Shown here one piece after another: positions 38,379-47,345 of a stretch of DNA of 64,000 nucleotides. Origin of the DNA: Candidatus Omnitrophota bacterium. Lineage in GTDB: Bacteria > Omnitrophota > Gorgyraeia > Zapsychrales > JANLHA01. The notes under the pieces are model-generated. The model ran no database searches. It was given only the letters and a program-made list of their open reading frames with translations, and had not been told where the DNA came from. Position 1 is the first letter of the stretch, and every line of letters begins with the position of its first letter. The stretch is from positions 7,965-71,964 of the forward strand of contig JAKQKX010000023.1 of NCBI GenBank assembly GCA_029560465.1. The letters run 5' to 3'. Made by a program: the position numbers and the translations under genes.

Positions 38379-39821
38379 TTAATTTCCTATGATAAAAAAT
38401 CCCCGTAATGTTTGTATAAGGCAATTCCCGGATGTCCTGGAGACAGCTTGGCGGAAGTCTTCAGTATTTTTGACGGCCTGGTTATTAACGGCAATGATGA
38501 TATCCCCTTCCCGGATCCCCGCGTGGTGGGCCGGGCTGCCCGGATGCAACCTGGTGATGATCACTCCGGTGATATTTTCCAGGCGGAATTGTTCGGCCAC
38601 CTCTTCGGTGATATCCTGAACTTCAAACCCTTTCCAGGCCGGCGACGGTCCCGGCCCGGTTCTCGGGTATGAGGGTTGTGACAACGGGTCTTTGAGAGGG
38701 GCCCGTTCACCGATCACGATACGGAGCGTTTTTTCCTCTCCTTTATGAAGAACCCGTGCCTGCACCGTTTCCCCGATGTCCCGGTTGGCGATGTATTTGC
38801 TCAACAGAGCGCAGGTCCTCATTTTAACGTCGTTGATTGACAAGATGATATCTCCGTCAGATAATCCAGCCTGTTCGGCTGGAGCATCTTTGAGGACTTT
38901 CAAGACCAATACGCCTTCTGCGGACGGCAGGTTGAAATATTGGGCGAGCCGGTAATCTAAGTCCTGGATGCTGATCCCGATCCAGCCCTGGGTCACCTTT
39001 TTACCTTTGATAATCTGGTCGACTATTGTTTTGGCGTAATTGATAGGGATAGCGAACCCGATTCCCTGATAGCCTCCGGACGTTGAGAAAATCGCCACGT
39101 TAATGCCGATGACCTCGCCGTTCAAATTCACCAGCGGGCCACCGGAATTGCCGGGGTTAATGGCTGCGTCGGTCTGGATGAGGTCGGAATAGTCCGTGTC
39201 CCTTCGGGAGCTGGCCGGGAGCGCCCGGTGCAGAGCACTGACCACGCCGGCTGTTACCGTGGGTTGCGGATCATTCAGCACATGGCCGAACGGGTTCCCG
39301 ATCGCCACAACCCATTGGCCGATTTTTAAGTCATCAGAGTTGCCCAGCGGAGGGATTGTCATTTCCAATGAGGGAATTTTAACCACCGCCAGGTCGGAGC
39401 GAGAATCCGTCCCTCTGAGTTCCCCTTCAAAAGCCCGGCCGTCCGGGAGCATGACCGTGATGGTGTCCGCACCCCGGACAACGTGTTCGTTGGTCAGAAT
39501 ATATCCTTTATTATCCACGATGACTCCGGACCCCAGCCCCTGACGCCGTTGTTCATATCGCGGATACCCCCCGAAAAATTCTCCAAAAAACTGATCAAAA
39601 AGGTCCCCGCCGTAATAGGCCCTCCCTGGGTCATACTGAATCTGTTCCGTTTTTATGGACACCACCGATGGTCCGACTTTTTGGGCCACAGTCTCGACAG
39701 CATGCACCAAGGACGGTTCTTCGGCATGAACGGGGGAGGTTAACATCACGGCGACCGCTCCTAGCTGGAAACATGCGATAACGCCGAGCGTTTTTTTCAG
39801 GAAGTTTGTGTTTTTACGCAT
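38379..39821 (-). CDS. htrA: periplasmic serine endoprotease DegP/HtrA (trypsin plus two PDZ)
   Basis: GSGVIVDNKGYILTNEHVV, GNSGGPLVN, two PDZ domains, signal peptide. Confidence 0.9.
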   Translation of the reverse strand: MRKNTNFLKKTLGVIACFQLGAVAVMLTSPVHAEEPSLVHAVETVAQKVGPSVVSIKTEQIQYDPGRAYYGGDLFDQFFGEFFGGYPRYEQRRQGLGSGVIVDNKGYILTNEHVVRGADTITVMLPDGRAFEGELRGTDSRSDLAVVKIPSLEMTIPPLGNSDDLKIGQWVVAIGNPFGHVLNDPQPTVTAGVVSALHRALPASSRRDTDYSDLIQTDAAINPGNSGGPLVNLNGEVIGINVAIFSTSGGYQGIGFAIPINYAKTIVDQIIKGKKVTQGWIGISIQDLDYRLAQYFNLPSAEGVLVLKVLKDAPAEQAGLSDGDIILSINDVKMRTCALLSKYIANRDIGETVQARVLHKGEEKTLRIVIGERAPLKDPLSQPSYPRTGPGPSPAWKGFEVQDITEEVAEQFRLENITGVIITRLHPGSPAHHAGIREGDIIIAVNNQAVKNTEDFRQAVSRTSGNCLIQTLRGFFIIGN

Positions 39822-39832
39822 GGATATAGTTC

Positions 39833-40888
39833 TTATTTCTTCAATCCAGAGGACTCCAGAATTTTCTTCTCGATTTGATTCAGGATTTTTGGGTTATCCA
39901 ACAGGAATTTCCTGGCGCTGTCCCGCCCCTGTCCGATTTTCTCCGTTTCATAAGAAAACCAGGAGCCGGATTTAGCGATGACTTCAGTTTGTATCCCTAA
40001 ATCCAGGATGTCGCTGCTGCGGGATATCCCTTCATCAAAATAAATTTCAAATTCCGCCGTGCGGAAAGGAGGCGCCACTTTGTTTTTAACAATTTTGGCG
40101 CGGATCCGGTTCCCAATGAAATCGTCCCCTTTTTTAAGCGTTTCGATGCGCCGCAGATCAATCCGGATGGACGCGTAAAATTTCAGGGCGTTCCCTCCGG
40201 TCGTGGTTTCCGGGTTGCCGAACATCACGCCGATCTTCATCCGGATCTGGTTGATAAAAATAACGGTCGATTTGGATTTATTAATGGCCCCGGTTAATTT
40301 TCTTAACGCCTGGGACATCAACCGCGCCTGCAGGCCCATGTGGGAATCGCCCATCTCCCCTTCGATTTCCGCTTTAGGGGTTAAGGCGGCGACGGAATCA
40401 ATGACAATTAAGTCCACAGCGTTGGAGCGTACAAGGGTTTCAGCGATTTCGAGGGCTTGTTCTCCGGTGTCTGGCTGGGAGATCAGGAGATCTTCCAGGT
40501 TAATCCCGATTTTTTTGGCGTAGGTTGAGTCAAATGCGTGCTCCGCATCGATAAACGCCGCCACACCTCCTTGTTTCTGAACTTCCCGGATAATGCTTAG
40601 GGTCAGGGTGGTTTTCCCGGACGACTCCGGGCCGTATATTTCCACAACTCTTCCCCGCGGAACCCCTCCCACGCCCAAGGCCAGATCTAACGCCAAAGAC
40701 CCCGTTGGGATCACCGGGATATCCAAATGCGCGGTGCCGTCCATCCTCATGATGGCCCCTTTGCCGAATTGTTTTTCGATCTGGGTTAACGCCAGTTCCA
40801 GTGCTTTACGTTTGTTTTCAGCTTCCGCCGCTTTCACGTCCGTCGTTTTCTTAACTTCTGCCATCTTACCCTCCCTTATGTTAGCCAT
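39833..40888 (-). CDS. recA: recombinase RecA
   Basis: [17 protein letters not shown] Walker A, L1/L2 loops. The start may be the internal MAEVKK at 40864. Confidence 0.95.
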   Translation of the reverse strand: MANIREGKMAEVKKTTDVKAAEAENKRKALELALTQIEKQFGKGAIMRMDGTAHLDIPVIPTGSLALDLALGVGGVPRGRVVEIYGPESSGKTTLTLSIIREVQKQGGVAAFIDAEHAFDSTYAKKIGINLEDLLISQPDTGEQALEIAETLVRSNAVDLIVIDSVAALTPKAEIEGEMGDSHMGLQARLMSQALRKLTGAINKSKSTVIFINQIRMKIGVMFGNPETTTGGNALKFYASIRIDLRRIETLKKGDDFIGNRIRAKIVKNKVAPPFRTAEFEIYFDEGISRSSDILDLGIQTEVIAKSGSWFSYETEKIGQGRDSARKFLLDNPKILNQIEKKILESSGLKK

Positions 40889-41061
40889 GTTTGTTCTGGC
40901 ACCATCCCGGGTGCCCTGAGCCTGTGGGGTAAAAATTATATATAATTAATTAATATTATTTTAAAAATGAAAATCAATTATACATGATGCCCTGGGGATT
41001 GTCAATAGTTCCCCCGTGAGGGGAAAGACAGGAAAATGAGTTTTTGCAATAGGTTAGGAAT

Positions 41062-42879
41062 TCAAAAAGCCAGGCATCCCTTTAGGTACGGTTTTAAAGC
41101 TTCGGTCAGAGAGGGGTTCTGGTCCACAAGCCGTTGAAAATAATGAAGCGCCTGCTCACATTGTCCCACTTGATTGTAGACCTGGCTCAGGCGGAAGAGG
41201 ACATCCAGACTCTCCGGTTGATAGTGAAGGACTTGTTGGTAAAAATCAATGGCGCGCTGGGGTTGATTTGTTTGTTCGAAGGTGTATGCCATGTTAAACA
41301 ACGCGTCCACATTATGAGGACAGATGCGGATCGACTTTTCAAAGTACTGTTCGGCCAGAGGGTAATTGCCGGCTTGTAAATAGGCGTTACCCAGGTTGTA
41401 TAGGGTCGTGCTGTCGTTGGGACGGATGTTAAGCGCGTTTTGGAAGGCGGCCTGGGCTTTCTGCGGGTCGGAGCGCTGCAGGTAAATTGTCCCGGTTTTA
41501 CTGAAGCGGATAAAATCGGTATACCCGGGGTCGGCTTGTTCGCGTGGAAAGAGCAAAAGAAAGGACAGGACAAAACCGGTGATTATCCCGAGCCTCCTCC
41601 ATTGTTTTGTTCTCAAAGAATCCACGATCCAGAAAAGAGTCTGGGCCTCATAAAGCAAAAAGACAGGCAGGACAGTAGCCCGATGCCGGGTTGTCAGGAA
41701 AAAAATGCTTGTCATGAGCCATTGGCTGATAATAAGCAAGTTCGGAAAATGCGCGGCAGGGTATTTTCTCAGGCTCAACAGAATTCCGAAGATCGCCAAG
41801 GGGCAGATGACCCCGAAGGGGTTGATATCCAGGGTTTTTTGCCATTGTCCCTGGAGCAGAAGATCGGCATCATGGGCGTTTTCAGTGTCGGTCAGAAAGA
41901 GCCGGGTTTTTCGCCAGAGAAGCCGCAGGTATTGCTCCGGATGCTGACGGATGAACTGGACCGCTTTATCCTGCCAGAATTGCGAGATTTCTTGCGGGGA
42001 TAACTGCCGGCGGGCGATTTTTTCGGCGATGATTTTCTGGTCTTCATCCTGCCCCTGGTGCGAAGGCCTTAAGAACGCCGGGTGGTCATAGACTCCGGTG
42101 GCCAGGGGGTTGTTCCCGGTATAAAAGCTTAGGCCGCTTTGCGCGCTGATGGCCGTCCAGTCTCCGCCGATAAGGCGGTTGCGCAAGGCCACGGAACCCA
42201 GGATCATGGCGGTTCCAAGGGCCAGGGGCAGCAGGATCTTAAAGAGTTTTGCTTTCCAGAAATAAGGCCAGCGAAAAAGGATGCTCAGGGCTAAAAGAAA
42301 TAGGAAAAAAATGATTTTCCCGTCCCCCAGGACGGCGAGCCCGGCGATCACCCCGAAAAGGAGCCATTCCCGGGATCGGTCTTTCAGCAGGTCGCTTGCC
42401 AGATAATAAAGGAGAAACAGCGACAGGGATATTAAGAGGGTGACCGGCATCATCAGCCAGTCGTAGTAAATGAGAATAAAGTTGCTCGCGGCCAGGATGG
42501 CGGCCAGGAACCCAACCCGTTGAGAAAAGATTTTCTTCCCGACAGCAAAAAGCAGGACACAATTAAAGGCCCCCAGGATCAAGTGAAAAAGACGAACGAT
42601 TTCAAGGTGCCCGAGAGCCAGCCGGATCAGGACGGCCAAGAAATAAGGATACAGCGGCAGCCCGAAAAATGTCTTATCTCCCAGCCAGTTTCCTTTAGCG
42701 ATTTCCGTGGCCCAGTCTTGGTAATATGTGACGTCGGAGCTCGGTGAGCTGTAAAATAGATAATGCGCTTTTAGGAATTGCTGGTATCCCAGCCGCAGGC
42801 AGAACGCCAGAAGAAAAATTCCGGTGTAAAGCCAGACAGGGTTGATGGGCGTTGATTTGGTTTTATTGGGCATTGTCAA
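41062..42879 (-). CDS. polytopic membrane protein resembling GT39/GT83 (PMT/ArnT-like) glycosyltransferases, fused to C-terminal TPR repeats
   Basis: About 11 TM segments. First-loop acidic/aromatic motif (SDVTYYQDWATEI). C-terminal ~170 aa of TPRs (LYNLGNAYLQAGNYPLAEQYFEKSI...). Confidence 0.5.
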   Translation of the reverse strand: MTMPNKTKSTPINPVWLYTGIFLLAFCLRLGYQQFLKAHYLFYSSPSSDVTYYQDWATEIAKGNWLGDKTFFGLPLYPYFLAVLIRLALGHLEIVRLFHLILGAFNCVLLFAVGKKIFSQRVGFLAAILAASNFILIYYDWLMMPVTLLISLSLFLLYYLASDLLKDRSREWLLFGVIAGLAVLGDGKIIFFLFLLALSILFRWPYFWKAKLFKILLPLALGTAMILGSVALRNRLIGGDWTAISAQSGLSFYTGNNPLATGVYDHPAFLRPSHQGQDEDQKIIAEKIARRQLSPQEISQFWQDKAVQFIRQHPEQYLRLLWRKTRLFLTDTENAHDADLLLQGQWQKTLDINPFGVICPLAIFGILLSLRKYPAAHFPNLLIISQWLMTSIFFLTTRHRATVLPVFLLYEAQTLFWIVDSLRTKQWRRLGIITGFVLSFLLLFPREQADPGYTDFIRFSKTGTIYLQRSDPQKAQAAFQNALNIRPNDSTTLYNLGNAYLQAGNYPLAEQYFEKSIRICPHNVDALFNMAYTFEQTNQPQRAIDFYQQVLHYQPESLDVLFRLSQVYNQVGQCEQALHYFQRLVDQNPSLTEALKPYLKGCLAF

Positions 42880-43603
42880 GGTAAAAGCGGATCAAGGTTA
42901 CACTCACTATGGCGGCGGTATCGACTTTCAGGACGTTTTTGCCGAGAGACACGGGGATCGCGCCGGCCTGGACCGCCTGTTCAACCTCACGGGGAGAAAA
43001 ATCCCCTTCCGGGCCGATAAAAACTATAATGGATGTGTGCGGGGTTCCTGCCATTAAGACTTCTGGCAATGATTTCTTTTCTCCTCCCAGCCAGGGGATG
43101 ACGCAGGTTCCTGCCCGGGGTATCCGGGAGACTGCGTCGCTGAAGGTCTGGCAGGGATGGATTTCAGGGACTGTGTTTCTTTGGGATTGCTTCGCGGCGT
43201 TAATGGCTATTTTTTCATAGCGGGACTGCTTCTTACCAGCGCGTTCATCGGTGAGGCGGATTTCGGTCCGTTGGGTTATGATAGGAATGATCTCCGTCAC
43301 GCCAATCTCAGTGGCTTTTTCGACAATGAGTTCAAATTTGGCTTTTTTGGGGATCGCGCAAGCCAAAATGATTCCCGGTTGTCCTCCTCCCCGGGGGTGG
43401 ACACAACGGTCAACCTGGGCGGAGATTTTACGGGAAGTCACGGACGTGAGGGTCGCGTATGCTTCGTCGCCGTCCTTGTTAAAAAGACAGATGGCCGCGC
43501 CTTTATGAAGGCGCAGCACGGTGCGGATATGATGGATTTCTTCCGGTGACGTTATTTCAACAGAAGGATTTTGCAGGTTTATATTGCAAAAGAAACGGTG
43601 CAT
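42863..43603 (-). CDS. rsmE: 16S rRNA (uracil1498-N3)-methyltransferase
   Basis: MHRFFCN...EEIHHIRTVLRL N-terminal PUA-like region and SPOUT C-terminus. 246 aa. Confidence 0.85.
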   Translation of the reverse strand: MHRFFCNINLQNPSVEITSPEEIHHIRTVLRLHKGAAICLFNKDGDEAYATLTSVTSRKISAQVDRCVHPRGGGQPGIILACAIPKKAKFELIVEKATEIGVTEIIPIITQRTEIRLTDERAGKKQSRYEKIAINAAKQSQRNTVPEIHPCQTFSDAVSRIPRAGTCVIPWLGGEKKSLPEVLMAGTPHTSIIVFIGPEGDFSPREVEQAVQAGAIPVSLGKNVLKVDTAAIVSVTLIRFYLDNAQ

Positions 43604-43664
43604 AGGGAAGCTGTTTTCTCTGAAACGTTTTCGAAATTCAGGAGTTGGTGCGCGTGAGAAAAAG

Positions 43665-43737
43665 TGGACCGAGGGGGATTCGAACCCCCGACCTCATGAT
43701 TGCGAACCATGCGTTCTCCCAACTGAACTATCGGCCC
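43665..43737 (-). tRNA. tRNA-Ala(CGC). No encoded CCA.
   Basis: Reverse complement reads GGGCCGATAGTTCAGTTGGGAGAACGCATGGTTCGCAATCATGAGGTCGGGGGTTCGAATCCCCCTCGGTCCA. The G3-U70 wobble is the alanine identity element. Anticodon loop is TTCGCAA. Confidence 0.85.
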
Positions 43738-43937
43738 AGTGAAAAGGTGATTTATGTCCAATCGGCCCTTCTTCTCTATTCAGCTGTTTGGAAAAAGAAT
43801 GAGACGGAAGCGCCATTCCTATTTCTACGTTGAAAACCTTTATACCAGATTTTTCAAGAGCTGTACAGAAAGATTTCTATAAATCAAATTCTTTCCAGGG
43901 GGCATCAATAGGAATTAAAAAATTATCGGATTTGATT

Positions 43938-43965
43938 TTGCCGCTGGAATGGCGAGGTGTATAAT
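43938..43965 (+). promoter_or_regulatory. putative sigma70-type promoter for the pseudo-receiver gene
   Basis: TTGCCG (43938-43943), 16-nt spacer, consensus TATAAT (43960-43965). AAGGTG Shine-Dalgarno before the ATG at 43995. Confidence 0.3.
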
Positions 43966-43994
43966 AACACCAAAATTCAGAAAGGTGTGCTTTA

Positions 43995-44552
43995 ATGTTA
44001 ATGCGTTCAATTATTTTCGCGCAAAAAGCCGGTGCAGAAACCGATGGCCTCATAAAAGGGTTTCGGAACCAGGGATACAGTGTCCTGGCGGCCCACAACG
44101 GGCAGGAGGTCCTACAGCTTCTCAATGGCAACAAACCTCCGACGGTCATCATCCTGAATTCTTTATTGGAAGGCCCCGGCGCGCTTGATATCTGTCAGTA
44201 TATTCACAAAAAACATAAATTTTCAAAAACCCTTATACTTATTCTCGCAGAAACGCCGGTCGATAAGAAGGTGTTCGGGGATATGGGTGTCCATGAAATT
44301 ATTGCCAAACCGTTTTCTTCGTACGAAATCCATCAGCTCATATCATCTTTAGCCACGACCCTCCCTTCCCAGGCCGGTGGGGGGATTAATTGGAATCGAC
44401 AGGTCACCGGGGCTACCGTTGTCATCACCATTTTTATCGCTGTCATTGTCTATTTTGTGATTATCCCCATGATTGTGAGTTCCAAGTCCAAAAAGAAAAA
44501 TGTAAGCCGGTTCCAAAAAAGCATGTCGGTCATTTCTGATGAATCGGATTAA
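43995..44552 (+). CDS. membrane-anchored CheY-like pseudo-receiver domain protein
   Basis: The REC fold aligns by eye to CheY, but the acidic pair and the phospho-acceptor Asp are replaced (QK and ILNSLL). Lys of beta5 is retained (IIAKPF). C-terminal TM helix VVITIFIAVIVYFVIIPMIV. Confidence 0.55.
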   Translation: MLMRSIIFAQKAGAETDGLIKGFRNQGYSVLAAHNGQEVLQLLNGNKPPTVIILNSLLEGPGALDICQYIHKKHKFSKTLILILAETPVDKKVFGDMGVHEIIAKPFSSYEIHQLISSLATTLPSQAGGGINWNRQVTGATVVITIFIAVIVYFVIIPMIVSSKSKKKNVSRFQKSMSVISDESD

Positions 44553-44657
44553 TTAGCCCCTCCTTTTCCATTCGTTTGAATTATAGATATTAAAAGGCCG
44601 GGTCCTTTATATGTCCACGGGCTTGATCCGGGTTTGTTCTGGAGGGTTAGTGGCCGT

Positions 44658-45272
44658 TTAACGGTAGCTTTGTCCTTCAGGAAAGATGCGGGTCTGCAGC
44701 GTGTAGTTGGGGTTATCCATGGGGTCAGACGGTGTCCCAGGGTTCAACCGGTTGGTGAGGGAAATATCGAGGTAAAATTTCTGCAGGACCGAATCCTGTA
44801 CCAGATTATAGGTGAACAATTCACAGTTAGCGCTACAACTGTCTTTTAATGCGTATGTTCCGATAATATCGTCCCCGCTGTTGCACGCTGAAGCCCCGGT
44901 GAGAGCGCTTTTCGTGCAGGTATGGATATTATTTGAAATTCTGGAATAGCAGCGCCAGAGGTCATCCGTGTAATGACTGGGGGTGCTGGCGGTATCCTGC
45001 CGGAAGCAAAGGTAATTGCTCCCGGATGAGGCGACGATCCCCGGGCTGGTGATATCACCCACAGCGAGCTTTGCGTTCTTAGTGATATGCTCCATCGTGG
45101 CCCAGGTCTTCATGGCCAGGATGGAATCATCGGAGGCTGCGGCCCGGGAGCCGCGGAGAGCGTAATCGACTGAAAAAATACCCAAACTCACGATCCCTAC
45201 GAGGATTGAGGCGATAACAAGTTCTGTTAATGTCAGCCCGGAGCGCCCCGGGATTTTTAAAAAGTTTTTCAT
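44658..45272 (-). CDS. prepilin-type minor pilin / pseudopilin (204 aa)
   Basis: Class III signal G-LTLTE (Glu at +5), then a hydrophobic helix. Last gene of the pilin operon. Confidence 0.6.
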   Translation of the reverse strand: MKNFLKIPGRSGLTLTELVIASILVGIVSLGIFSVDYALRGSRAAASDDSILAMKTWATMEHITKNAKLAVGDITSPGIVASSGSNYLCFRQDTASTPSHYTDDLWRCYSRISNNIHTCTKSALTGASACNSGDDIIGTYALKDSCSANCELFTYNLVQDSVLQKFYLDISLTNRLNPGTPSDPMDNPNYTLQTRIFPEGQSYR

Positions 45273-45276
45273 AAAA

Positions 45277-45666
45277 TTACCAGTCGATGGTTAATGTGAC
45301 CTTGCGAGCCCCGGTTAAAGTGTCGTTTTCCACTTGATAAGACGGGGTGTACGTGATCCCGTCAATGACCACTGCATTCAAATTATTATAGATCCCATCG
45401 CCCCCCGGCCCGCCGTCCGGATTGAGCCCCCCTGCGTTCCAGTTGTCCGCCCTGACATCGGAACGGAGTTCTTCGAGGATTTGTTTAGCCAGGTACGCGG
45501 CGGTTACGTCACCTTTGGAGGCGTACGCCGGTTTCTTCAACGCCGAAATGGCCGAAATAGACCCGCCGACCACAAAGGAGAAAATTAGCGTCGCTATGAT
45601 GACTTCAGTTATTGAAAAGCCCTTGTGTTGAACATTTTGTTTAATGGGAAGAATTTTTATTGTCAT
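45277..45666 (-). CDS. prepilin-type minor pilin / pseudopilin (129 aa)
   Basis: KG-FSITEVIIATLIF prepilin cleavage motif. Confidence 0.6.
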   Translation of the reverse strand: MTIKILPIKQNVQHKGFSITEVIIATLIFSFVVGGSISAISALKKPAYASKGDVTAAYLAKQILEELRSDVRADNWNAGGLNPDGGPGGDGIYNNLNAVVIDGITYTPSYQVENDTLTGARKVTLTIDW

Positions 45667-45681
45667 GCGGATAGGCTCCTT

Positions 45682-46116
45682 TTACGGACAATTCCCTGTG
45701 CAACTCGGGTTGGAACTGGAGAGGGCCGCTTGGTCAATCGTCACCGTAAATGACGATCCGGTCCTTTCCGCCTGGCAGGAAAACCCAGTGGCTGGGGCCG
45801 CGCTGGCGCAGCTGAAAGTTATTCCGTCTTCAATTAAATTCAGGTTTAGATCGTTGTTCATATCATAGGCATAGTGCGTGCTGCCGTCTGTGGGCCAATA
45901 TTGGCCGGAACGGGCTTTATAAATCTGTTGGGCCGAGTGGATCGCCTTTAACTGGAGCACCGCGTCCTGATAATGGGCGTTTTCAACGGAACGCGTGTAG
46001 TTAGGGATAGCAAACCCTGCGATTGCGCCCATGACGACGACGACGACGATCAGTTCCACAATTGTAAAAGCCTTATATTTCCGTGAGTTGATCATGTTAA
46101 TAGAGCCCGAGTTCAT
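45682..46116 (-). CDS. prepilin-type minor pilin / pseudopilin (144 aa)
   Basis: KA-FTIVELIVVVVV. Ala instead of Gly at -1, Glu at +5. Confidence 0.55.
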   Translation of the reverse strand: MNSGSINMINSRKYKAFTIVELIVVVVVMGAIAGFAIPNYTRSVENAHYQDAVLQLKAIHSAQQIYKARSGQYWPTDGSTHYAYDMNNDLNLNLIEDGITFSCASAAPATGFSCQAERTGSSFTVTIDQAALSSSNPSCTGNCP

Positions 46117-46498
46117 AACAAATGGTTCCTATGCAGTACATCTGCCCCATTTCATTAATAGTTAATGTGTAGGTCCCGTTTGCCCGGTCGATCTGCGCCA
46201 ACGGGAATCCGGATGCGTCAAGTTGAATGTTTTCAAAATTGGTGCTGGGGCGCATATCGATATCTAGATTGTCGAAATCGTCTGTGTATGTTTGCCCGTG
46301 CTCTTGCCAATAGCGCTTCTGCGCGGCGTAAACAGCCATCAGGATTTGTTTCCCTTCTTCTGCCCGCATCCGTTCGACCGTGTTGCCAAACCGGGGGATC
46401 GCTATCATGGAGAGCACGCCCAACACCACCGCAACCACGGTCAGCTCAGCCAGCGTAAAGGCCTGTCTTGTTCTAATATTGGGGCATCTTGTTATCAT
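46097..46498 (-). CDS. prepilin-type minor pilin / pseudopilin (133 aa)
   Basis: QA-FTLAELTVVAVVLGVL. Ala at -1, Glu at +5. Confidence 0.55.
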   Translation of the reverse strand: MITRCPNIRTRQAFTLAELTVVAVVLGVLSMIAIPRFGNTVERMRAEEGKQILMAVYAAQKRYWQEHGQTYTDDFDNLDIDMRPSTNFENIQLDASGFPLAQIDRANGTYTLTINEMGQMYCIGTICYELGLY

Positions 46499-46579
46499 AG
46501 CTTATAGAAAAATAAGGGAGCAACATTGGAACCCAATGTTGCTCCCAAGTTTCATGTGTGTCTTATTAGCCGTTCTTTA

Positions 46580-46996
46580 TTATTGAATGCCTGCAAACGA
46601 GCCTGTCCCGGAACGGGTCACGCTTGTGGCATCCTGGCTGATAACGATCGTAGACGATCCGTCCCCGTTATCACGGGTATTCCGGGTGGCCGTGATGGTA
46701 TACCCGACCGCGCTTGCGCCGTCAACGACGTATGAAAAATGGCTATTTGGGGAAGCCCCAGGGTTCTCAATATCAAGGGTATTATCAATATCCGTACAGG
46801 CGGTATAATCACCGTTTCTCTGTAAATAGCATCTTTCCAAAGCCTGACGGACAGCTGTAAAAGACGCCAAAGCCTCGGTACTTCTGGAATATTCAACTGT
46901 CGCGAAGAATCGTGGTAAAGCCAAACTGGCTAAAACACCAACGATGATAATCACAATGATGATTTCCAATAACGTAAAACCGCTTTTATTATTCAT
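46580..46996 (-). CDS. prepilin-type major pilin / major pseudopilin (GspG/PilA-like, 138 aa)
   Basis: Short leader MNNKSG then FTLLEIIIVIIIVGVLASLALP, the canonical class III signal. First gene after an intergenic promoter region. Confidence 0.75.
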   Translation of the reverse strand: MNNKSGFTLLEIIIVIIIVGVLASLALPRFFATVEYSRSTEALASFTAVRQALERCYLQRNGDYTACTDIDNTLDIENPGASPNSHFSYVVDGASAVGYTITATRNTRDNGDGSSTIVISQDATSVTRSGTGSFAGIQ

Positions 46997-47115
46997 TTTT
47001 TTTATCTTATATCTCCTTTATACTTACGATATCTTAATTAATTTTTTACTCAACCTTTTTCCAATCTATTTTTCTGGCCTTTGACATCACTCCTTTGAGG
47101 GTTGTTGGGTTTAAC

Positions 47116-47149
47116 AAAAAAGCCTATTTCACCGGTGAGTGAAATAGGC
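47116..47149 (-). terminator. rho-independent terminator downstream of gspF/pilC
   Basis: Perfect 11-bp inverted repeat GCCTATTTCAC-(6 nt)-GTGAAATAGGC at 47122-47149. An A6 run at 47116-47121 on the plus strand gives a U6 tail in the minus-strand transcript. Confidence 0.5.
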
Positions 47150-47345
47150 ACATTCTTTTCCGTTGATCGGCAACTGGCTGTCGCGGGACTTGTCCCGGGA
47201 CCCTATAGTTTTGTGCCCTACCCTCACGGGTAGTTTACCTTGATCGATAACAGCTATGTCGAAATCTAGTTAAGGTATAACATACGCCGCTGTAAAAGTC
47301 AATTCAGCGGGGTGAATTTTTTGAAAAAAATGGGAAAGCGCTTTC

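Noticed and set aside
40889-41061. Possible LexA/SOS box or Cheo box upstream of recA
   Set aside because: Scanned by eye for CTGT-N8-ACAG and GAAC-N4-GTTC. Only a half-site (GAACAAACATGG) is present. No convincing operator.
43738-43994. ORFs 43877..44152 (-) and 43949..44188 (+) in the tRNA-Ala / receiver intergenic region
   Set aside because: They overlap the promoter and 5' end of the better-supported pseudo-receiver gene. No motifs; low-complexity translations.
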